Shown one piece after another: positions 25,169 to 36,389 of a DNA stretch of 64,000 nt (position 1 is the first letter of the stretch; every line of letters begins with the position of its first letter). The position numbers and the translations under genes are program-made. The notes beneath the pieces are model-generated. The model had not been told where the DNA came from. It saw nothing but the letters and a program-made list of their open reading frames with translations, and searched no databases. Source of the DNA: Trypethelium eluteriae (lineage: Eukaryota); the NCBI GenBank assembly GCA_051942245.1, contig JAVECL010000041.1, positions 1-64,000 on the forward strand, in the 5' to 3' direction.

Positions 25169-26751
25169 TTAGTGTCCGTTTCCAGGTGCCCTGCCTTGAA
25201 GCCATCTAGAAACTGTGTCTCCGAGAGCAGTCCAAGTAGAGAGATTGGAGACACGAGACCGTAATGTAGGGAACTTGCTATTGCCATGGATCAAGAGGGG
25301 GACGACAGCAACCAACCACATAAATGCGATGATTCCGATGGCAGCATTGATCCTCATGATGACGACAAAGGAAGACGAGATAGCAAGGACATGCTTCAGG
25401 ATCCAGCTGCGGATGGGGCGGTGATTAGCCTCTGGGTTGTGCTCGAGCGCAGCAGCAAGCTGGACAGCGACGCGGTTGTTAATCTTCTTCCAGGTCGTGT
25501 CGAGTGCAACTTGTCGGGCATTTGTGGACATGACAGCGCGAAGTTCGGGGTTGCGAGCAAGTAATTCGACATGAGCGACAAAAGACTCGAGATCGTGGGG
25601 AGGAATCAAGTACCCAGTCTTCTGGTCAACGATGATCTCGGACGGTCCGCCCTCATCGCGGGCCACCACCGGCAGACCGCTCGCCATCGCTTCCAGATTG
25701 ACGAGACCGAAAGTCTCAGTGATTGAGCAATGGAGGAAGATGTCTCCAGAAGCGTACTGACGAGCAAGGTTTTCACCTTGCTGGAAGCCCGTAAATGTAA
25801 CCCTGTCATCAAACTTGGCGAACAACTGCCGCACATCCTCTTCGACAGTCGGACTCTTGTTTCCCCCAACAATCAGCAGCTTGCACTTCAACCCATTTTT
25901 CTGCAGTCTTTCGAACGCATCTGCCAAGAACTTGAATCCCTTCTCCGGTGCCAGTCTCCCACAACACATGAGCACAATCTCTTCATTGGACGTAAGCTCC
26001 TCGTGGTATTGCTCATCTCGCTTCACCGGATCGAAGAGAGTCGTGTCCACACCACGCCCAAGATGAACCAGTTTCTCGGCCGGAGCACCTGCCTTGTCTA
26101 GATACTTGCGTACGAAATCCGAGGGATAGAAAATGGTATGGATAGCCTTGTGGTTGAAGAGGAACCCTTGGACATTTCGTAGCAGCCACACGGCATAGTC
26201 ATCGAGTGGCTTAGGGAAGATGATCTCGCCATAGGAAGAAAGATCTGTCTGGAAGTTTAGGAGTACGGCTGGAGGCGAGAAGAGCTGGCGCGTCTGCAGC
26301 AAAAATTGAAATCCGACTGAAGCGGGACTAGCCAGGTAGATGAGGTCTGGCCTGAAAGTGCGCTCAAAGATGCGGTCCAGACGCATAGGGTAAGCGACAG
26401 TCAGATCGGGGTTGTAGGGGAGAGGGTAGCCATGGACGCGGACTTCCGGGTCTTTGCAATTCTTGGTCTTGTAAGAGACATATCCCTTGAACTTGGGCGC
26501 GACAATGGCGACTTGCACCTCGTTATCCCTCAAGTACTTCAGCGCAGACCGTTAGCCTGATATATCAGCTCTGGCACCACGGGTATCTCTACCTGTATCA
26601 AACTTTGGGTAGTTCTGCTGACGCCATTAACGGGACCGAGCGACTCTGTGGCGAGCAGAACTCTCTTGCCCCTCAATTTCGCTGGGAACTCGATTGTCGA
26701 CACTGTAGGAGTAGGTTCGGCAAGAACTGGCAGAGGATTCTCAAGCGCCAT
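25169..26751 (-). CDS. Glycosyltransferase family 4 (PimB/MgtA/SQD2-like) with C-terminal membrane segment (2 exons)
   Basis: RVLLATESLGPVNGVSRT, GRGVD, GRLAPEKG, SITETFGLVNLEAMASGLPVV (EX7E); intron 26537-26592. Confidence 0.9.
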
Positions 26752-27709
26752 GAATGCGAATCTCGGAAGGAGAATGGCGAGGAAAGCGCCAGGGCGGCAT
26801 CTGTCAGTGAGCTCTTAATATCATGCTTAGATGTAGGCGTGCGCCTGAGGACAGGCCTGGAAGCTTATGTATTCTCTCTGGATGCATGACTTGCTGCGTA
26901 TGTCATCAGGTCGTAGGCGGATCCTTTGTTGGGCAAACATTTTGCTGCGATGAAAGACGACGGAATGCCCCACGTGTCGTGTCGAATGGACGCAGATGCG
27001 CGCCAGGCATGCCCCGCGTCAGGCGCGTGATTGCATTCACTTACTGAAGCAGGCCGCCTTCAGCACTCTCGACAGTCAACGCTTCAGCCCCGTGCCTCAG
27101 TACGGCTTTCTCATTCATACGCAGAGCCACAGTCCTATAAGAGGTAGGCTGAAGCTAAAATCGGCATCTTGACGCCAACCAAACATACCAGAAATTACCC
27201 CCACCGTCCCTGCATTTGGGATAAATACCCAAATCACTTCACTTCTGCGTTACTGCGTCCGTCTTGCCACATGGGCTTTCTTTGTCAGTAAACCGGATTA
27301 ACATACAATCCCTGACTCCGAAGCCTGGCATACCTGATTCCGGAACTCAATCCAGAAGCGCTAGATAAGTCAGAGCCGATGGACCGCCTGACTGCTGTCG
27401 AAAGAGGTTTGTTAATGGATGCTTGCCAAAGTGATCGTAAACAATGACCGTCGATGTCTTGCTATTTCCCTTGCCATCTATCCATGCTGCGATAGAGCTT
27501 GTGTTGGTGAACGGCGCGCAAGAGTTTGTCACAAGAGCTTCGGTCCTGACCCAATGAATCAAAACCCAGGGATATGGGCTGGTCTTTGTTGAGGTGACAC
27601 TCACACACGCCAAAAAGCTGAATTTAGGATTTAGAACTCATATCATGTCCCTTGGAGCTACTGCCTCGTTAACAGATGCGCGACCGCTGAACTCCTCGAT
27701 CTTGTAGCG

Positions 27710-29067
27710 CTACAGCTGGAATCTTGTCCTCTTCTTTTCACTTCCCGCCTTCCATTCCCACTCTTGCCCACTTGCTCTCTGGATTCCCTTGTCCACTCTT
27801 CTCAACTTCAGCGTTAGCCGAGGGCCGAGCTCCTGAGTAGAGACCTTGATGTCCTCTACCCCCTTCATCTCCTTTCCATCGCGTCCAACGATCTTCTTCT
27901 CGGTGTTTCGCCGATCACGAAACACGTACCGATGTCTGCGCATGAAAATATAGTCGCGTTGATTGTGTAATGTGACAACCTGTCGCCCCTCGATATCTGC
28001 CTGAGGGGGAAATAAGGTGCGAAAGAGGTATGCTGTCAATACACCAAGTGGAGTGACAAAGTTATTGCTTTTGTCGTGGTTAGCTATGGAAGCCGAGTCT
28101 TCAGGTCACGAAAATCTTACAGTATGAGCTCGGGCCAATGATTTGTTGGTTTTCCATGTCCTGGGAGTTTCTTGCCCTCCACGAAGTTGCTGATAGAAAA
28201 ATGAAACATGGGGCCCGACGGCAGATGCACGATATCGAGTCCACTGGGTCGTTTTTGTAGTTCATTGAGGACGATAAGGGTCGTGTAGCCTCTGCTGGGG
28301 CTGGAGGCGAAGGAGGCAATCTCTCGGATACTGTAGTTATGCGAAAATCGGTGTTTGTTGCGGCGAACGTAGGTGGCATTTGGGAAGAGAGTCGTAAGCA
28401 ATTCTCCCTCGTAGTGTAAGGTACTATTCAAGGAAGTGGTAATGAGAATTTTGGGTTCTTTAGCAGACTCAAAAAGAGTTGGAAATTTCGAGAGGAGGAT
28501 TTCGGGTGCCAGCTTCGGGTCGGCGGTCACAGACGAACCACTAGGACTTGTTGCTCTATTTGGAGTCTTAATGTCATCTTGCAATGAGACGTCCGAATCG
28601 TTCTCATCCTCCTCAGAATCTGAATCAAGCATGCTGTCCATCTCATCCTCTTCGTTCTCTTCGCTATCCTCGCTCTCTTCGTTGTCGTCCATGCCATTGC
28701 TCAAAGGCTCCATTTCCTTCTCTGCGCCCGACAATCCTTCAAAATCGGTATCGTCGTTGTCCTCTCGATCGACCGACCCATCGCTAGTTCTTCGTCGCTT
28801 GAGTCTCCCTGCTTCGACCGCTGCACCTAGTTCATTTTGCTCGTCCTTCTCATCAACATCATCCCAACTCCGTTTATGATCGATCGTGACTGGCACATTC
28901 TTGGACTGCCTTTGCGCTTTGATATAGGGATCTTGGCCTTCCTCCTTTTTCCTTCGAAACTGCAGCTCACGTTTTTTGGCCGCCTTCTCTTTCTTGTGCT
29001 TGAGATGCAATGATTCCCGTTGTAATTTGTTGGCCGGCTTTCCTACCCGGAATTTTGATGATGCCAT
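27710..29067 (-). CDS. rpf1: Brix-domain ribosome production factor (2 exons)
   Basis: PKILITTS, HLPSGPMFHFSISN, PELIL|NNFVTPLG, GRQVVTLHNQRDYIFMRRHRYVF, QELGPRLTLKL. Confidence 0.92.
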
Positions 29068-29238
29068 ATTCAGGATGAGTTGCCCCACGTTGGACGAAGG
29101 CTCTTGCGCGAGATTGTGGGCTCCGAAGCAGTGGTGCAGTGGAAGATTTTCAAGAAATTTTGCTGGATGTTTAGTGCGGGCCGACCCGCCAACGTCACTC
29201 GCATTTCAGGCTCAACTTCTCGTGTCGCAGTTGAAACG

Positions 29239-29269
29239 CCCAAGACTCACACCCAAGACTCACACCCAG
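29239..29269. repeat. 13-bp tandem duplication (CCCAAGACTCACA) in the RPF1/GlyRS divergent promoter
   Basis: cccaagactcacacccaagactcacacccag. Confidence 0.7.
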
Positions 29270-29329
29270 ATATAAAAAGTCCATTCCTTTGCTACCCTGC
29301 GTTCTATCCTCTCCTTACTCAATTGATTT

Positions 29330-31562
29330 ATGCGCTCAATTGCCCATGCCACAGGCCTACATCAATCTCGGTTCTTGACCCTAACTGTTCCCAAGGTCTT
29401 CACCCGACGATTCACTTACTCAATTTCAACTTTTCGGTTTCAAATCGCCACCAAGGAAGCCAATATGGCTCACCAGACTACCACTCGTGTGGGCGAGCCG
29501 TTCGATCGAACGCTAATGGAACAACTCATGAAACGCCGCATGTTCTACACGCCCTCCTTCGAAATATATGGCGGTGTCAAAGGTTTGAGCTCTCTATCTA
29601 GGAATGAGAGGCATAGTTAGTGATCAAATATGTTCAACACTAGGTCTTTACGACTATGGTCCGGCGGGCTGTGCACTACAGGCTAACATTGTTGATCTGT
29701 GGCGCAAGCATTTCATTCTCGAAGAGGACATGCTAGAAGTCGACTGTACTTCTCTTACTCCGCATGAAGTTCTCAAGACATCCGGACACGTCGACAAATT
29801 TGCAGACTGGATGTGTAAAGATCCTAAGACTGGCGACTTCTTCCGAGCAGACCACCTTGTTGAGGGCGCGCTAGAGGCAAGATTAAAAGGTGATAAAGAG
29901 GCGCGTGGCCAAAAGGTGGAGGAGAAGGAGGAAGACCCAAAGAAGAAGAAAAAGAAGGGACCGAAGAGCACGGCAGTTAAGTTGGAGGATACAGTCGTCC
30001 AGGAGTACGAGGAGGTACTGGCGAAGATTGATAATTACAGCGGTGATGAGCTGGCACTGCTCATTCAGAAATACGGCATAAAGAACCCAGAGACTGGTGG
30101 TGACTTGGAACCTCCTACATCATTCAATCTCATGTTTCAGACCACCATTGGTCCTGGTTCCGCACTGCCTGGCTACCTGAGACCCGAAACAGCGCAAGGC
30201 CAATTCTTAAACTTTGCGAAATTGCTTGAATTCAACCAACAAAGCATGCCCTTTGCCTCTGCTTCTATTGGCAAGTCATTCCGCAATGAAATTTCACCTC
30301 GTTCTGGTCTACTTCGTGTCCGAGAATTTCTGATGGCAGAAATTGAGCACTTTGTCGATCCTCAGGGTGGCAAGAAGCATCCCCGCTTCGATGATGTGAA
30401 GCATATTGAACTGGCTTTACTCAATCGAGATACACAGCTAGAAGGCAAAACAACGGTCGACAGGATATCTATTGGAAAAGCAGTGGAGACCAAGTTGGTA
30501 GACAATGAGACCCTGGGTTACTTCCTTGCAAGGATACATCTTTTTCTTAACAAAATCGGTGTGGATCCCAATAAAGTGCGATTCCGGCAACACATGGCAA
30601 ACGAAATGGCGCACTATGCCGCGGATTGCTGGGACGCTGAGCTCCTGACAAGTTATGGCTGGATTGAATGCGTGGGCTGTGCAGATCGCAGCGCATATGA
30701 CCTAAGTGTCCACATGAAAAAGACGAGTCAGCCGCTGATGGTCCGTGCAATACGAAAAGAGCCATTGAAGGTTGAAGAGTGGCAAATTGATATCGACAAG
30801 AAGAAATTTGGCCCGCTTTTTAAGAAGGACGCAAAGACTGTGGAGACCGCGATCGAGCAGCTCAGCCAAGATTTAAGAGAGAAGTTGAATCTCGACCTGC
30901 AGAAAGAGGGCAAGATAGAGATTGATGTTCCTGGCGTCGGCGGTGGAAAAGTCGAGCTGCAGAAGGGCGTCGTGGAGATTGAGCGGCGTACACGGGTGGA
31001 GAATACTCGCGAGTACATTCCGAACGTGATTGAACCCTCTTTCGGTATTGGCCGAATACTATACAGTCTCATTGAGCACTGCTTTTGGACCCGTAAAGGC
31101 GACGAAGCTCGCGGTGTGAGTTCTCTTCCGTTTTTTTCTTTTTGACAATCCCTCACTCTAATTGCTATCTCACTCTAGGTACTCTCCTTTCCACCTCCGA
31201 TTGCGCCCACAAAAGTCTTGCTAGTTCCTCTCTCATCCTCGCCTTACTTTCATCCTCACCTTCAGTCGCTTTCCCGCAAACTCCGCACTCTCGCTATCTC
31301 CTGCCGTGTTGATGACTCCTCCGCCTCCATCGGTAAGCGTTATGCGCGGAATGATGAGCTGGGCACTCCACTTGGTATCACCGTCGATTTTCAGACTGTA
31401 AAGGATAGCACGGTCACTCTACGAGACCGCGATTCAACTAGCCAGGTTCGATCGAGCGAAGATGAGATCCTGAAGGCCATCAAGGGCCTTGTCGAGGGTG
31501 TAGAGACTTGGGATGATGTGAGGAACAGGCTACCAGCTTTCGAGGGTCAGGAGGTAGACTAA
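29330..31562 (+). CDS. grs1: Glycyl-tRNA synthetase (3 exons); cytosolic start ATG 29465, upstream in-frame ATG 29330
   Basis: SFEIYGGVKG|LYDYGP, LRPETAQGQF, FRNEISPRSGLLRVREF, VIEPSFGIGRI, SIGKRYARNDELG. Confidence 0.97.
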
Positions 31563-32773
31563 GTTTCTCTCCTATGAGATGTCTCTGAACTCTACGAAGA
31601 GCTATATACGTCAGACTATAGCGTGTGCGAGGAAGGATCTTGTGACAACCTTCTGGGCATTGTACGATAATGACAACGTAGCTCTGATGCGATTAGAAAT
31701 TTGAGTGAAGGTTGCCAAGTACGAACGTGGTAACTCCGTGTGTTTACGGAGTACAAGCCGCGGCTTTTTCCATCTTAATGTGAGCTAAGCACGATTAGGT
31801 AGACCCGCATGACGCGTTAGGTTGCTGGGTGAAATAGGGGCTCACGGGTAACTGAGATAGGGCTAGTGATCTACGCCAAGGATAGAGTACCCTGCATCCG
31901 AAGGGAACACCGAGCCTCAGATCAAATGTACTTCGCCGTGTGCATATACGGGGCGTACTTAAGGCTGAACACGTTTTTGAGCAAGGCTAGCACGGCGTCC
32001 ACCTGATTGCAGCATCTTGCTGTCGATATGTATGATTTGCATTAGCGCGACTCTCCCAAAGGACAGTCAGTTGGTACCATACTTCACGGACAAAAGTTTG
32101 GAGTTCTCCGAAAAGTTAGTATTCCTACATCAGTCCCTCCCTCAATGCCAATTCGCCCTTCTGAGTCGATTCCGTGGACGTCGAACACGAGAGAATTGTA
32201 AATAACCATGATTCGGCCGGTCCCGCTAGAGGTACTTTGGTTTTACTCGGCCGACACCATCTTAATAACGATATCACCAATTTCAGATGACTTCCTGATA
32301 CTACTTCTTGGAAACCCGAAGGAAACCCAGAACGGTCTCAGCTTGTGATTGGCGTGGATTGTCTACATGCGGCCATCCAGACCTATCATCAACAAGGGTT
32401 ATTTTTGCCACATCAGCAATACAGTGAGAATTAAGCAAATCCCAGCTTTTTGTAGACATCCTACTCACTATTTCTTTCCAACGTCATCTTACACACACAC
32501 CGCGCCATCCCCGTGGGCCTGATCGACTACTGCAGACACATTATCTCGATGCGAAGATGCCAGATAGGAGTTGAGTCATCAAACGGGTGTGGCTGGCTCA
32601 TTTCGCATTCAATGTCTACATGTCTAGATATCCAAACTTCTGGATGAAGAATATATAATGTAGCGACGCCGAGTAGAAACTGACTCAAGCGAGCACTCAT
32701 AGTTTACTCGGTCAACTTTAGCATCCACATACCTAGAGCTAGTCACGGTAATCCATTTCATCACCGCAGATCC

Positions 32774-33562
32774 ATGTATCTAAGCACGCCCCTAGTCGTT
32801 ACTTTACTTGTGGGAGCCTCCTGCGCGTCAACATCGTTTGGGTACGCGAGCCATACGGACACGCTTGTGCAAAGGGGAAACGTACTCATACCGGCAGGTG
32901 CCCGAGTGTCGAACAACGACCCACATGGATACGAAATCGTTTTTGATGGCCTTCACTTTAGCCCGTCAGACTGGTTGGAGGGGGTGATTTCAAAAGATGG
33001 TACGCCAGAGAATGCGCGTGCTGATCAGTACTATACGGAGTTGGAGTCTGTGTCCGACTCTGAGCGGATAAATATGGCACTCTATAGTTTCCAGGCTGCA
33101 GCGGACTTGGTCGATTACGGAAAGTGCCCTGTACAGCGGAACGGTCGACAGCTCCTCAACGCGGAATACAGTGGAAAAATCACCGCGTATATCCTCAAAG
33201 TAGCGTCTGGCTTCGCTGGCGGTTTTGGTGCAAATATCGCTTTTGGTCTAGGAACAAATACGACAACTGCGACTCAGGATGCCATCACCGCCGGGACTAC
33301 AGTTGCCATCATTACCCTCATCCATCTGGGGGTAGACGACCTGCTGGCGGCTGAGAGATTGAGCTCCACTGATGCACTCATCTACACCGTTGCGGGACAG
33401 GTCTTTAAAGCAATAGTACAAGCTGCGATATCACTCGCTAGCGCTGTTTGTCCATCGCAGGATGAGATAAATCAGGCAACTACGGCCTTGAGCGAGATAG
33501 AGATGGCAAACATAGGACTTGTATCCAGCGAATCGGTCCAGGCATTGCTGGATCAAGCTTGA
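32774..33562 (+). CDS. Secreted hypothetical protein, 262 aa, with Gly/Ala-rich hydrophobic helices
   Basis: Intronless ORF, signal-peptide-like N-terminus, TATA-like TATATAA near 32652. Confidence 0.75.
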   Translation: MYLSTPLVVTLLVGASCASTSFGYASHTDTLVQRGNVLIPAGARVSNNDPHGYEIVFDGLHFSPSDWLEGVISKDGTPENARADQYYTELESVSDSERINMALYSFQAAADLVDYGKCPVQRNGRQLLNAEYSGKITAYILKVASGFAGGFGANIAFGLGTNTTTATQDAITAGTTVAIITLIHLGVDDLLAAERLSSTDALIYTVAGQVFKAIVQAAISLASAVCPSQDEINQATTALSEIEMANIGLVSSESVQALLDQA

Positions 33563-33844
33563 CGATTCGTCCGCCTGCATTCAGTTGGATCACTCTCAAC
33601 CAAATCCACTTTGTCAATTTCTTCAATAACCAAATCGCAAATAAAACTCGGAAAGTGAAAGAACGAATAACTATTAACGATTTATTAGAACTTGTCTGAA
33701 ATTACAACTGCTGAATATCCACACAGCCTCCGAAAGCGAAGCTATTGCACTTACATCGTCCATTTGGACTTTTGGGCCTACTCGTAAATTCTTAAGAAAC
33801 AACACAACGTCGTGCATGCAAAGATTCCAAGACGACGGCATACA

Positions 33845-35343
33845 TCAGAAGAAGGCAATAGTGCGAAATTCAATGCTCTCTCTGGTCGGTGCATCAGGAC
33901 GAGTTGTTGGATCCAAAAACGCGCTGTGGCCAGCGAATTGAGCACGACCATCATTCTCTGATTCGTATGTCTTGAGTAAAATAGCGTGATCGGGTGTAAT
34001 CTTCGGAAAATACCACCACTTGTGCCTTGGCGAAAACCGCATGACATAGTTTTCGCCAGTCCGTTCCCGATAGCGAAGGTACAGCTTGAAGAAGTCACTT
34101 CTGGGTGAGGTCGTGACATCACACATTGCTAGGGGACGCTCTTCGACAATGTTACGGATCGGTTTCCAGACATTGATGAAGGCTACTCGCCTGGATAGAA
34201 GATCTTCCGCTTCGTTTCCAAGAAGCTGTCGCACACGTAGCGGCCCAGATTCAGCAGTGTAGTCGCAATGTACTAGCATCACTGGTGCCCGCTGTGACGT
34301 GTTTGTTTCTTGCGTGAGCTTCTTGACGTCGTTGGATTTTGTGCGAATGGTATGATCGAATACGAGAGAATACGCTTGGCGCCGACTTGACACTTGAGAA
34401 AGTTAACGACCTCCGGGTAGAACTCCGCCCTGACCGTCTCCTCATCTTCCCATTTGTCGAATCCCGTGTGAAAATTGCGTAATGAAAACCCCTCTTTATC
34501 TACTGAAAAGTCTTGACCACGATGCCAGCCATCATGGATTGTAACTTCGTGAGCGTCGTCTCCAGACTCGTGAATCCCCTCTGCTTCATTCGAATCATAG
34601 AAGTATAGCTCGGTGCGTTTCGGGCTAAGGTCCTTGGTGTAATTTAGTGTTGATTGAATTTGAGTGTACTCGTTGACTATACCATTTGCGGTTGCCTTGT
34701 CAGATAACAGCGCCTTTTCAACGGCAGCCTGCGTCTTCTGCCAGCACGCCAGCTTCTCTACTCGTTCTGTCATCCATTCTTTCAGCTGTGGGTGCTGATC
34801 AAGCGGAAGATGCTGTGCTTTGTGCAAATGCATAGAAGCTGCGATGGAGATGTCCGCTATGGTTGGCTCATCACCACACAATCATTTAGTCTTTGTGAGC
34901 TGATCATTTAGAAGAGTGGCCAGTTTATGCCATTGCATTGACTGTCCTTCAATGACAGCCTGATCGGGCTCACTCTTGAGCAGCGGTTTCACCACGAATT
35001 CGACGAGATAAACGTAGCAGCTGGAAAACCAAACGGACGCCTCCCACAAGAGCCAACGGTTGACCTGAGCGCGCTTTTGCAGGTCCTTTGGGTAGGCAGA
35101 ATTCCCTCCATTGCGGTCAGCTGCGTACATCAAAATCGCATTGGACTCCGTGATTGTTGGTCCGTTGTCTCTGGCTGAGGGAACCGTGGCGTGTGGATTG
35201 ATTTTGAGGTACTCAGTTCCCTTGTGCTCGCCAGCAAAGTAGTCCACATGATTGTAATGATATTCTGTGCCTAGCAACTCTAGACCGGCGAGTACCTTGC
35301 GGCTATTAACAGTGCACGGGTCAAGATAGACTTCAAGCACCAT
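33845..35343 (-). pseudogene. Disrupted fusion gene: N-terminal glutathione S-transferase plus C-terminal CmcJ/NvfI/AsaB-type putative Fe(II) oxidoreductase
   Basis: GST motifs (INPHATVP, TESNAIL, EPTIADISIA) then VFDHTIR, HCDYT, INVWKPI, PLAMCD, HSAFLDP, RESIE; in-frame TGA 34882-34884 and a 2-nt insertion at 34364-34368. Confidence 0.85.
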
Positions 35344-36389
35344 TCTGACGGGTCCTTCAGGTGTGGTGACTGCTTGTTATCTTGCAAGGGTGATGATCAA
35401 GGGTGCAAGGTAAATAGCTAAAACAAATGTGCGACAGACAAAGAAGAATGAAGTGAATCGTGAAATACGTACGCGAATTATGTACCCCACGTTTCCCCGC
35501 CATCCAGCCTTCGGCCAAATGGATGGCGTTTCCATGTGGTGGCATAGACTTTTCTGGACTCGCTGAAGAACGCGTAGGATAGGAGCATCCGCACTACGTT
35601 AGATCGAGGCGTTGCCTACTGGTACGGTGCTAGTTGCTCTGGCTCTGTGATGAGCAGATGCGACGAGTGGCTAGTACCTATTCAGAGAGATGGCCCTAGA
35701 ATGGCATGGTACCTTCCTTAGCAGCTGGCGATCGTGCACAACTTCGCATAGTTTGCACTCAATGGCCTAAACCTGGGTCTCCTCACATTGAGCATTCCGC
35801 TAAGCCCTCGAGACACTGAAATGCCCCTAATATGAGTAAAAGAAAGTCAGCCGAGGGTTTCTCTGCATTTTCGATCCCCGCCTGCCCTGTTTTGGAAAAC
35901 GTCCAACAAGACAACCCTCTTTGCTATCGTTTGACTCCACCAAAGCCGGCAACGACTACAACTCAACGGAATGCCTCAATAGGAGGAAATGCCACATGCG
36001 GTAGAAATAGTCTGAATTTCAGAACGACGAAGAGGCGTACTAAGGGAAGTTAGTAACTCAGGCCAATAATCTCTCGCCTAGGCAAGCAATCCAGCCCTTT
36101 CGAGCTATCCATTCCGGAGGTTGGACGGGTCAAAACAATGAAGTGGTCGTTCTTGGCTTCATCTAGGTCAAGATGATGCCTAACCTTGCATTGTCTATCT
36201 CTAAGAAGATGCCACACATAACAACATGTGAGCCTATTATTGAAGCACTTTCGCAGTGCTTCAGTTGGTATATTACATGCTTGAAGAACTGAGTGTACAT
36301 TTAAGCCTGGCTCGCTGCTGACTTATCAACTCCTGGAGATTAAGAGTCAGCCAGATATCATTCCTCAGAGGTATTTTAGCTGTCTTACC

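Noticed and set aside
34882..34887. Selenocysteine or programmed readthrough at the in-frame TGA
   Set aside because: The position suits Trp, the context is not TGA-CTA, Dikarya are not known to use Sec, and a second independent lesion is present
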